This document shows, in pieces, positions 11,401 through 23,120 of a stretch of 33,488 bases of DNA. The DNA is from Reclinomonas americana ATCC 50394 (taxonomy: Eukaryota). The translations under genes were made by a program, and so were the position numbers. Numbering within the stretch: the stretch's first letter is position 1; each line of letters opens with the position of its first letter. The notes beneath the pieces were generated by a model. The model searched no databases, was not told the DNA's origin, and saw only the letters and a program-made list of their open reading frames with translations. The DNA lies in NCBI GenBank assembly GCA_048213135.1, contig AFZH01020499.1, positions 1 through 33,488 on the forward strand, in the 5' to 3' direction.

Positions 11401-12709
11401 ACTCGAGCAGTGCGTCCACAAACAGCTCTTCCGCAGTCGGCATGTCCTCCCGTGTCGAGTCGTCGGCTGTCCGCGTCTCGATCGGATCGGTCAGCAGGTT
11501 TGGATCGGTGACCGCATAGGCGGCGCTTCGTGCCTGCGCGCACCACTTTGTCAGCAGCCATTGCAGACACCCACCATCCACACATAGTCGTACCTTGTTC
11601 ATCGCCGCTGCACGGAGATTCTTGACCGTGTGCTGGAGGGCCCACACTCGCAGATACACCGTGGCGAAGCCAAGGAGAGCCGAGCCACCGACCGATGCCG
11701 CCAGCGCAAGACGCCACTGCTGCGTTTGCAACCAGACGCCCGAGAAGAAGGCGAAGGTGTAGAGCGAGAACATGGTGGCGTTGGAGCTGACCGAGAGGTG
11801 TGGCAGGTATTTCAGCGTGTACCACGCTCCAATAACGCCACCGGAAATCAGGCAGGCGACCTGATAGCACATAATTGAAAAAAGTCAGAAATGGTCACAC
11901 AAGCCACAATCGTTGAAGTACACGCAACAGTCAGCGTGGTCGGCATCAATTCGAGGGAGCAGATAATGACAGCAATCTGGTACACGTGCGTGTAGAACCA
12001 GATGCGACCGTTGACCGAGCAGGTGCACATGTTGACGTCCTCCTGGCTGTGCTGAATGAACGTCAAGTAGTACAGCGGCACAATGCAGAGGACCAGCGGC
12101 ACAGTTCCTGTTTTCCCACATGAGTGAGTGCTCACGTGAACACCCGGAAGCGCGCAAGGAAACCACTCACCGACAAGGAGCACGACAAAGCTGACGGCCA
12201 CCGTGCTGTCACCGAGCGACGAGGGGTAGTCGCTGATCATCGACACAATAGTAATCATAAAGGCCGGGGCCGTACATGTGGACAGCGGCAGGAGCCACAC
12301 CACACCCGACAGGGCGTAGCCGCTCTGCAGCGAGCGCGAACTGCGTCGGGATGCGCTAACCGAGTGCTGCCAGATGACCACCACCAGACACAGTGCCAGC
12401 AGCGCCATGTTGCCAATGGCCGTATACGAAATCACCGAGTGTACCAGAGTGCCCCACGGCGGCAGCACCGCGCTGCGCTGCCAACCCCACAATCCAAACA
12501 CCGCGGCACAAAGAGTCACGCGGAGCCAAAACAACAGATCCCATAACGCGGGTGGCACACTCGAGTGCACCTGCACATGATTGGTGAGTCATGTGCTCTC
12601 ATCTCAACACAAGGCACTCGTGGCGGTCAAACGTACCTCGAGGCGCAGAGCATGGATCAGCGACGCGTGCTCTTCGTACCAGCGTTCTCCGTTGACATTT
12701 ACACCACTC
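5437..12709 (-). CDS. Multi-exon membrane adenylyl cyclase AC-1: N-terminal TM cluster, TmcB/TmcC-like helical region, further TMs, PAS, class III cyclase (true 5' end uncertain)
   Basis: Cyclase motifs [54 protein letters not shown] and KGKG (stop at 5437). PAS segment [30 protein letters not shown]...FTCFFRDVT. Helical region KKFPKS..LRLAYAIYL and LYARLLREFPNSTSLLRAYARWI, resembling Dictyostelium TmcB/C-type proteins. Hydrophobic exons at 11600-12570, about 9700, 8400-8900 and 7600. Confidence 0.88.
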
Positions 12710-13595
12710 CTGCAGCGTGATAAGAATTGTGAGTGATCATTGGACTCATATCTTCAGTGCGTGGGAGATGTGCGAAGAAGTGTGGGTGACCAAGTCTGGC
12801 ACATGAAACTTTGATAGTGAAACAACACGAACTCTTCTGCTGGAGGTGTGTACGCACGTGTGTGTATGTGTGAGTGTGTGAGAGGCAGAGAGGATGGGAG
12901 GAAGAGAGAGAGAGAGAGAGAGTGAGAGTGAGAGAGATCGACTGTGCGCCCGCCAGTCGTCTGTCGCTCCCTTGCCATCGTGTGCATACACAGCGTCACA
13001 CTCGCTTACGTGTGTATACAGCGCCCCCTTGTGTGAGCGTCTGCGTGTGCTTCTTGAATGTGACGAGTGCGTCGTCGCGACATACCACAATAAAGAACAC
13101 CCATTCTCAGATTGCTGTTTCGCACCCCGGGCTCATACACACACACACACACATACATACACGCACACAGATTAACAGTGGCACTCACCCCAAGCCCAAC
13201 AGCTCATCGTCAGAGGTCGATGTGTCCACCGCCGACCGCGACGACATTCACCTCTCTCACTCTTACTCACACAGCAAGACAACACTGTGTTCTCCTCTCG
13301 CAAGCCAGAGAGAAGAAGCGTCGAGGGAGGGAGGGAGACACTCACACTCACACACTCACACACACGTACACAGGTAGACACACTGAGTGCAACGTTCTCT
13401 CGCTCTGACTTTTCTCCAACAAAAACGGAACTGCAATCTCAACGGTCGAAGGCATTTTCGTCGCGTCGGAGGAGAAATTGCATTTCACGCTTTCGCTCCC
13501 CTCGCCACGCACCAAGGGTGTGCATGCGCGCGTGTGTGTGTGTGCGTGTGTGCAAGTGATAGAGAAACCGTCTCCGGAGAGCGAAGAAGGCGGCA
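12710..13595. promoter_or_regulatory. Putative bidirectional promoter and 5' UTR region between the two cyclase paralogs, rich in (GA)n/(CA)n
   Basis: The two genes diverge from this interval of about 0.9 kb. Dinucleotide repeats lie at about 12905-12937, 13136-13168 and 13530-13552. Confidence 0.5.
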
Positions 13596-16500
13596 ATGGA
13601 AGGTATTCGGCATGTAACGTCTACACGTCTGTTTCGCCCACTTGGGCGTTACGCCCTCCTTCTCTCCCTCCCTCCCTCCCACAAATACGCAAAGCGATGC
13701 GCACACACACATCCGCTCTCTCCATCTCACCCTTACTTTGCGACTCTCCCACTCAACGCAGGCGTGAATCCGAACCAATCAGCCACGGGTGCGCACACCA
13801 CTGGCACTCGAACTGAACACGCCTCCACCTCCCATCATCATCGTCATCGCACGCACCACCATGCCACTGCGGGAGCCTTGAGCATTGCCACCTCGTCTCT
13901 GGGTTCCGCCGAGGCCATTCACCGCACACTGCATGGCTCACTGGCATACAACCTCATGCAGCTGATATGGTCGCTGAGCAGGTAACATTGATATTAAATG
14001 TCACCCTCGCGATGTGTGATGCTCACCATATATGTGTGCAGGGAGGTGGAGTCGTTGCGGCCGCGATGGACAGTGTCGGCTGCCACTCTGGCGCACTTTG
14101 TGCTGGCCTGTATGCTCTCCGCCACGTGGCCGGTGGTGCAGCGAGAGGGCGCTCCGTATGTGGTGTGGCTCATGAAGCATCAGGGCGGTGGCGTCGTGCA
14201 TGCGCTGTGCACGGCGGTGCTGTCAGTGGCGGCAGTGGTGTGCACGCTGGCGGTGCTGTACGTGGTGTTGGCGGCGCTGGCGGTGTACCGATCGTGCCGA
14301 CAACACGGTGCCTTCAATGACCGCACCCTGCACCGCTTGCTGGCCTGGTGGCTGGTGTCGGCCTTTGGCCTGTGGCCAGCCGCACTGGCCTTCCTCCAGC
14401 TCATCCAGGTGGCCATTGACACGCGCCGAGCACTGCTCATGCCCACGGCCTTGTGGCAGACGTCGCTGGCGCTCATGTCGATTGGCATGATCACCTTGCT
14501 GCTCACCGCCGTGCCGCTGTACGCCACGTTCATGCAACGGCGCAGCGTGCTGCCAAACACTCTGTTTACCGTCAGCGTGCACAGCCGCAGCCTGCTGTGG
14601 TTGCTCATGGTGGAGCTAGCAATTTTCGCGTGCGGCCTCGCACCCTTGCCCATTGCTCTATCGGTTCGCCTCCTTCCTTTGCCAGTCTGCCTCGCCCTTG
14701 CCTCTTGCCTCTCCTCAAGCACTGCATGCGCCCCTCCCTTTTGTGTCTTGTGGAACTGGTCCACAGGTGTCGTGCCAGATCGTCTGCGGCTTCATCGGCT
14801 GCCTCTACGCTCGAAAGACGTTGCCGTTTGCCTTTTCCATCTCCAACATGATCATGGTGGCGGTGTTTTCCTTCTCGGTTGTCTCTGGTATAGCGCTGGC
14901 TCTCGACTCGCTGATTGCCTTGGCGTGCGCGCTGCCGGTCGCGATGTTGGTGAGCGTGCACATGTTCATGATCAGTCCTTCCTGCCCTCATGTTCTCATC
15001 GTCGCACGAAGGTGGGCTTTGTGGCCGTCCGCACCCGTGAGCGCGCTGTACTCTGCAAGCTCACCACTCTGGCGGTGCGCGCGAAGCAAAGAGTTGCGCA
15101 TCGCCATCTTGTCCGCAGTGTCCCCCGTCCTCCCTGACCCAGTCTGTCGTTGCGCAGGCGGAGGTGTACCGCACCGACACCAATGGCGCGCCCAGCGCTC
15201 AACAACTGCCCGACGAGACCGGCGAGGCGACTGCCAATCCGGCCGATGACGCCGCGCATGAGGCGCAGCTACTGGAGGACCGCGAATTCTGTCGCACGAT
15301 TGTGGACAAGAGCGCATCGGAGGCCGAGCTGTTGCTGTGCATTCGCTTTGTGCTGAACGGTCTGCAAGCGCAAAGTGGCGAGGAACTGTTTGCCATGGCG
15401 CACGAAGCCATGCCCACAAGCGTGCGTCTGCACTTGCTGCATGCCATGTTCCTCGATGAGCTGGTCGGACGCGAGATGAGCCATCGTGTCGCGCCTCGTG
15501 TTTCGCGGGTTTGTGAGAGCATTCCTCTTCCTCTCTCCGTCTCATACCTACCCAGTGTGTCTCATTCTGAATCGCCCGCAGACGCTCGAGGGCTTTGAGA
15601 GCGCTTCAGCACCGGATCTGCGCTTCTTCGTCATGTGCTTTCACTTTGCGCATATGGAGAACGTGGCCACGGGCTCGCCGACCAACAAGAGTGTGTACTG
15701 GCGTGTCCGGCTGGCGGCTCAGCTGCATCAGCGTCTGCTTGGGCTGGTGGGAGAGTTTTGGCGTGCCTTCCTGTCGCCTGTGCCGTGCGAGAAGGCGCTG
15801 TCGAAGATTGTGTCGGAGCTCGGTGAGTGATACGGATCGGCATCGACTGCGGCAGGTTAGCTGACTGTGCGTTGTGCAGCGGTGAACAATGATCGAGTCC
15901 GCGGCATCTTTCACGGCCTCATTCAGGAGGCACCGCGGGATCCGGCAGTGGTACGAGCCTACGCTCATTACGGTGCGCTGGACCATTCATCTGTTCTGTT
16001 TTTTTGTTTGCATTTCTGTGGCTCATTGCGTGCGCGGCAACAACAGTGGAAGACATGGAGAATGAGTTGCGTCACGCTTTGGCATCGTCTCACAACAATC
16101 AGCTCCTCATTGGTGTGTCACACAGCGAGGTGACCTCCAAGCTGCTGAGGCGCCGTGCCGACGTACTCGAGGATGACGCGTCCAGTGTGCGCCGAGGTCG
16201 CCGACGGAAACGTCCAGCCGCATTCCTTCGTGCTCAGTTGCGTGTGCCGACCGTGTCTCCTCTCCACACACTTGTACTTTGCACTCAATCCGTCTTTCCT
16301 GCGACACAGAACTGCTGTGGGCGCCGACGCGGAGCCACAACTCCCGCCGCCAAATGGGATCGCCAGAGGGGCGCCGCTGGCGCTCTCGCCCATCAGCTGC
16401 AAATCGTCTGTTGGCTCGAGCTCACCGGTTCTCATGCACTCGCCTTGCACGCCCCTCCACATGCCGTCGTTCGTGCCGTCGCCGTTGGCGGACGCCGACG

Positions 16501-19500
16501 GTGCGGCTGTCGTGCGTCGGCGGTCCACTGCGCCCATTGGTCCGTGGAAGGCAGCGCCGGGCCTCAATGAGTCGGCAGGTCTCATTCGCCCGCTGCCTCG
16601 AGAGTCTCGCTCGGCCTCGTTGTCGGGGGCGGCGGTGGCAGCGACCGTGGCCATGGGACTCGGCTCGGCAAGGCGAGACTCGGTGCGCGCACATGCGCAG
16701 GGTGCATCGCACGCCCAGATGAATGCGAAAGCGAGTCCGCTCGGCTCTCCGACATCCTCGGCGCAGCAGGAGCAGCAGCGACTGCGCGAACTGCCACCAG
16801 TGCAGCTTCATAAGCCCTTCAATGCCGACTCCGCCTGGCGACCCAACGTGCCCGTACCGCCGCAGTCACGCAGAACTTCGGTGGCTTCTGCGGCGGCCCC
16901 GAGCTGCGCCGTCCCCGGAGCGGTGGACTTGGCGAAGGCTCTGCAAGACGCGGCCGACATGGAGGCGCTGGAGGAGTCCAACACCTCGTGGCTGTCGCAC
17001 CACTTGCAGCAGCTGCCGTCGATGGGTGCCAATGGTGTCGCCGTCAGCGATGACTTGGACTCGGACGACGACATGGCGGCGCGCGAGGTGGCCGGCCGCA
17101 TGTCGACTCCGCTGATGGCTGCTCCCAATGGCATACTGAGTCCGGTACAGGCGGCAATCTCAACAGCATCTTCGGCTGCCACCAGTGCAGCCACTTCGCA
17201 GTCTCCCAAGCTCACGGGCTTTGTGCGGCCGGCGTCGCATTACGGCCTGCTTGCCGGAAGTGCGAACGGTGCGGCGGACGACTTGAACGGCACCGACAGT
17301 TCCCTTCGTCGTCCGTCTGCGTCGATGGAGGCAGCGACTGCGGGTCTCGGCGTCGCCGCGCTTTCCGATGATGTGCCGACTGCCGAGCTTGTGCCGCGGG
17401 TGGTTGGTGCTCGGCGAGGAGGCAGGTGGTGGGGTGGCAGACACGCTGGTGGCGCCGGAAGGCGAACACAATCATCGGTACCTGCCGTAGAGTCGCTGGA
17501 CCGCGAGAGCCGACGTTCGAGTGTCGCTCAACCGCTGCCGTCACTGCGTCTCCCCGTGGGCGGAGACAGCGAGAGCGCGGCAGTCGGTGCCAGTGACGTC
17601 GCAGGCCGCCGTGTGTCGGCCAGTTACGCCGCCATGGCTCGAGCCAACGAGGACGCCATGTCGATCAGTGGTGGCGGTGGTGACATGGTGGGAGCACACC
17701 CGCTCATTGGCCGTCTGGTGCGCACCGGCAGCGGCGGTCGTCGTGTGACGGAGAACTTGGGTAGAGGGCTTGACGACAGCGATGCCAACAATGGTGGCGA
17801 CAGCGATGTGGAGGATGGCGAGTTTGTGCTTCGACAGAGCCGCGGAATGCGCCACAATCAGCAACGCAGCAGGTATCCGGCTCATGCGCGCTCGGCGACG
17901 ATGCCTGGTGTTCCGTCGTCACGTGACCTTGCTCTCGACTTTATGGACTCGCCGACTGGCAGGGGTGTCGGTGTTGGCGAAATGGGTGGCGCAGGAGTCG
18001 CTGCTGGTGGTGGTGCTGGTGGAGTCGGCGGCGGTGGGACGCCCGTCACATTTGGCAACGATACGCAGACCAGCGGCGGCGGCGGTGGCGGATTGCGCGG
18101 GCTGGCGCCGCCGGTAAGCATCGACCTGACACCCTCCACCGCCACTGCTATTCCGTTGTCGCCAAACGAGCAAGACGATGTGGACGATGATGGTCGTCAC
18201 GTTGCAGATCCCGAGGCCGAAGACACGCAGGTTTGTGGCTGCGCCGGCATAGTGAGTGGCCCGTGGTGCCTTCCTTTGCTCAATATTGTGTGCCATATCA
18301 GAATGCTGACATGCCACCACGGCTGCAAAGCAAAATGGCCGCGAAGCGTGAGCAGCTGCAGCTGATGACCATCAGATCGCGGCTGCAGTCGCGCAAGTCC
18401 ACTGCCGTGTTCCGGCTTACCACACAGGCGGTGAGTTGGACGGCGTGACACGTGCGGTGGACCACCAACTGATTTCGTTTTTGTGTCACACAGTGGGTCA
18501 TTGTTCTCGGATTTCTCGCGCTGGCACTGGCGCTCTTTGTGGTGAATCAAAGGGTCATTCAGCAGCAGACGGCGGGAACTGAGCTGCTGCGTTCGCCACC
18601 CGCGCCAGGCGGTGATCTGGCACCGTTTGCAGCCTGGGCGGCTTTCTTGGTGACAAATTCGCGAGCCGGTGCGTGTACTCTGTTTGTTCTGCGTTGCGTG
18701 TGCACGCTTCCTATTCCGCTCACACCTCATCATTCTACGTGTGTAGCTCTCGCCATCTCCGACATGTACACGGACTTGCTAGCCACCGCCACAATTCAAC
18801 CATCGGGCCTCTCTCAGTTTGCCACCACAGCCGCAGCACAGGTTTGTTCACTTTTCTTTTTTCTTACCAGCAACTCAATCTCTCACTTTCGGCGGCCCAA
18901 TGCAGGTGCAATCCGCGTATCGTTCCCTGCACGCGCTCAGTCTGTCAAGTGAGGCCACGGAAGCACTGGAAAGTACGGTATCCACTGTGGTTGCGCCTGC
19001 TGGCACCGCCACCAGCCCGTCGTACGTAAGGACAACGCAACAGCTGTCCATGCTGGAATTCGAGGTTGTGATGGCCACACAAACGGCGGCAACGGTGCGG
19101 GGGGAGCGTCGAAGCGTCAGCACTGTTGCTCTTCTAGATCTTGCTCATCTGTCCGTTTGTCATGCAGTGTCTGGCCACTGGCAGTGCCGGTGCACTGAGC
19201 GACCCGGGGTGCGATGCGGCCGCTCGTCGCGTTTTCTACAATGGCAACGAATCGCTGCAGGCGCAGTTGCACGAAGCCACCGACGAAATTGGCGACGTGA
19301 GTTGATGTGTTTGGCCAGGAACTGAACTTGTGGTCGTTAACACGTGCTGAGGAAATGCAGGCTCTTGTGACATCGAGTCGGTCGGCCTTTTTGTTCAAAT
19401 CATTGGCGGCGACCGGCTCCTCTCTGTTGGTACTCATTGGCATCACGCTGATCACCATTCCGTCATTCCGCAGTGCCATGCGTGAGCGACTCAAGTTTCG

Positions 19501-22500
19501 TTCCTGCATCCTTAATCCCGTGCCACACTCTCATCGACTCATCCGTTCTGTGCTGTGGCGGCAGTGTTATTGCGCTCTTCAAGCTGGTCCCCAAGACGGT
19601 GGTTCGACACGTTTACAAGCGTATCCGTCGCAAGCAGATTTTCTTGGCGTCGACCGCCACTCGGTCTTCGTCGGACCACAATCAGTGCGGGGCGGCAGGC
19701 AGCGTGGCCAATGGTGTGAGGGCGGAGTCCAGTCGTCGACCGTGATCCACACACGGGCACTCACTCATTCTTTCCCCTCTTCGGCGCAGGTCACACTGCC
19801 AGTCTCCGCAAGCTGCTGATTGTGTTTGCCGTGTGCGTGACAATTTTTTTGACGCTCACCATGGCGTTCACCATCATACACTCGGTGTTTGACAAGGTGC
19901 ACTGCGACGTGGTCAATCAGCTGTCGGTGATGTCGGTGAGTGCAACCGGCATGGTGATAAACAGACTGTGTACTGACATGGTGTAAACAGCGCTTCGATT
20001 CGTCGCTGTATGCGGCCGCCAACTCGGTGGTACAGCAAGCAAGCGGGCAGACGATGGATGAGAGCACGGCCAGGTGAGAGAGAGCTGAACGCCATCAGTG
20101 TTCGCATGCAGGAAGCTCACTCGGGAGTCTCGTCACAGAGCCAATACTGCAGCACGCTTGAGCACTGCTCGCGAGTTGTGGGACTACGTGGTGTTTGGTG
20201 CCGGGGCCGACAGCGAGTACTCGCAGGCTGGCCTCCTGGGCATCACCGACGCTCTCACGCAGGCCCTCACTGGCCCTCAATGCGACGACGTTTCGCTGAG
20301 CGCCTGCAAGTCCACTGACGCGCTCGTCCGTCGCCTCTTCTCACTCCTCGGACGGCTCTCTGCCGACTCGACCTCACTGCGTGGCGTCAAACTGGACTCG
20401 GTCGCCGACTGGAACGAAATCGGTGCGTACATGCCGCTAGGTGGTGTCCGTGTGCTCTCCCCCCACATGTGCTTACTGTGAATTTGCGCGCTGTGCAGTC
20501 GATATTCTCACGAATTCTGCGCTGTACACGAGTCGCTTCGCGCAAGTGCAGAATGCGTGGTACCAGATGTACTCACCCATCATTGTCAACCTCAGCGCCG
20601 CCAACAGTGCCCTAATCGCCGTGTGCTTTATCGTGTTCCCGCTGTTGTACACGATCCTGCTGCAACCGCTGATTGCGCATATCGCGAGTGAGGTGCGTGG
20701 TGGAGAGAGAGGGGGATGGGAAGGGAGGAAGCAGTGCAGTTGCTTATATGAGGACATGACTGAGCAGCACAAGCAAACGATGCAAATGCTTCTCATGTTG
20801 CCGCTGCCGGTGATGGATGCGATCGCGCCGATCCACACGTTTGTGATGGGAGGCGATGGCTCACTCGGCTCCAACGAGAGTCACCACCTCGTGCAGCAAC
20901 GGCAACAGAAAATGCACAAGGTTCTGGAGACGGCCGCCGACGGTTTTATGGAGTTTGACGAGAGCGGGTGTGTGAGGCAGTTGAACAAGTCGGCGGAGCT
21001 CATGATTGGGTTGCCAGCGACGCGACTGCTGGGTGATGGGGTGAGTGCGGAGGGATGCATAGGAGCGTTTGCGCTGTTGCTCACTCCTTGTTGATGTGCA
21101 GATGAAGCAAGTGTTTGATCCGCGTGGCGTGAATCAAATCCGACTCGAGGTGCAGGACTACATCAAGGGTCGGCAAGAGACGCGCATGTTTGAGCGAGAG
21201 GTGAGTCGGAGGTGTGATGCAGGTGGGAGCGGGATGGGGAGTGCGTGCGCTGGAACTGACGTGCTATCGGTGCCATAGATGAACTGCATTCGCTGGGACA
21301 CGTTCCTGGGTGAGGGCGATGTGCCGGTGAACGACGAAGGCATGATTGGCGACGAGATGCTGACGGACGACGACGACATGCACGTGCAGCTGTTGCACGC
21401 CAAGTCGAGTCTGTTCCCCGTGTGGGTGAGTTCGAAGTAGCGTCGCGCTGCAAGTGAGGGAGACTGCATCTCATGGTGTGCCTCGCAGGTCTCGTTCCAT
21501 TTTAGTCGCGTCGGCGAGAACCACATCTTTACGTGTTTCTTCCGCGACTTGACGCAAGAGAAACGACGACAGCTGCACCTTGTGGAGGAAAAACTGCGAA
21601 GTCACAATCTACTCCTCAACATTCTGCCGAGTCGTGTTGCGTCTCGAATACAGAACAAAGACTGGCCCATTGCCGACTTGTACGACCGAGCCTCCATTCT
21701 GTTCCTCGATGTTGTCGGTGCGTGACCGCGCTCTCCTCGCTCGTGCATGAGCATGAAGAGTGATGTGTGCGTGTGCATGTGTGGTGTAGGATTCACGGCG
21801 CTTGCCGCCACCATCTCGTCCATCGAGCTGGTGGAGATGCTGGACGACCTCTTCACCAAGTTTGACGAGATCTCCGAGGAATTCAACGTGACGAAGATCA
21901 AGACGATTGGTGACTCGTACATGGCGTGCACGGGTCTGGAGGCGCACGATGAGGCGGCTGCCGCCCGCGCTGCGGTGTCACTGATCGAAGCCGGCCTGAA
22001 TTACATTGAGACGGCGGCTTTGATGGGACTGGCGGTGCGTGTACCAGCGCAATAATGCCGCGACGCTGATGTGCAGAAAACATAAGAATCGCTTATATTG
22101 TTTCATCGCACAGATTCGAGTCGGTGTTCACACTGGCCCGGTGACGGCGGGCGTCATTGGTCGCAAGCGCTTCCAGTGGGATTTGTGGGGAGGTCAGCTG
22201 CATGTCCTTTCTCTCTTTCTCTCCCTCTTTCTGTTGTGTGGGCACGTATCCTGACACAGGCGCTGTGTGGCAGACACGGTCAATGTGGCCTCCCGCATGG
22301 AGTCCACCGGTATCCCAATGCACGTGCAAGTCAGCGAAAAGACGGCCAGCATGACACGAGACGCGTACATTTACGAGGAGCGTGAGGTGGACGTGAAGGG
22401 CAAGGGCCTCATCACCGCCTTCTTGTTGGTGGATCGACCGGAGGCGCAGGCACTCGAGCAGCTGATGTTTGACGAGCAAATGATGATGATGCAGCAGCAG

Positions 22501-22536
22501 CAGCTGGCCACGGAGGGGAGCTCGCAGTTGCTGTAG
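13596..22536 (+). CDS. Multi-exon membrane adenylyl cyclase AC-2, paralog of AC-1 with the same architecture
   Basis: Cyclase motifs [54 protein letters not shown] and KGKG (stop at 22536). PAS segment [16 protein letters not shown]...[10 protein letters not shown]...[11 protein letters not shown] exons at 14042-15090 and 18490-20690. A large disordered exon spans about 16310-18230. The start at 13596 (ME|GVNP) is tentative. Confidence 0.88.
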
Positions 22537-23120
22537 GGGTGGGGGGAAGGAGGGCCGGGGAAAATCAATGGGAAATAATTGTTTATGGAGTGAATTGTAC
22601 AATGGAGGTTGTTGACTCACGGGTAAGGGGAAGGAGGGCACGTGATGCCAACTGGGAGGCCAAGGTCAAATCCATGCTCATCATGAACCGTCGCATTAGC
22701 CATCTCGACTTTTCTCGTTTTTATCCGCGGTGTCTGAGTTTCTGGTGCTTACTCAAGATGGTGATCGTCATGCAGCTGTGTTGCTGTTTGGATTAGTACA
22801 ACAACAACATCTTTACTAATCAAACAGCAACAGCTGCTTGATGATCACCATCTTGAGTGATCACCAGAAACAAAGTTTATCCACTGTTCAACCCCACTTT
22901 TAGATCTTGACTTGTTCGATGTTCCGAGAGTGAATTCCGAACACAGCACAGAAAATCCCCTGCCGTACGCGTTGCCGGTGTTTGTGCTCATGTTGTGGGT
23001 ATGGTTGGAGTTGCTAAGCACAACAGCTGCTTTGCTGGCTGGTTGGCTAAGAAGTTGCATACACCAATTGCGATTGATTTTCGCGCCAAAACACGATTTT
23101 CTTGCAGAGAGAGAGAGAAG

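Noticed and set aside
12740-12756. Possible non-canonical AT donor (gaagat|atgagt) creating the AC-1 start codon
   Set aside because: Canonical GT alternatives exist upstream, and a single instance without transcript data is not supportable.
22537-23120. Intergenic region scanned for RNA genes or mobile elements
   Set aside because: No tRNA or rRNA signature, terminal repeats or transposase-like ORF was seen.
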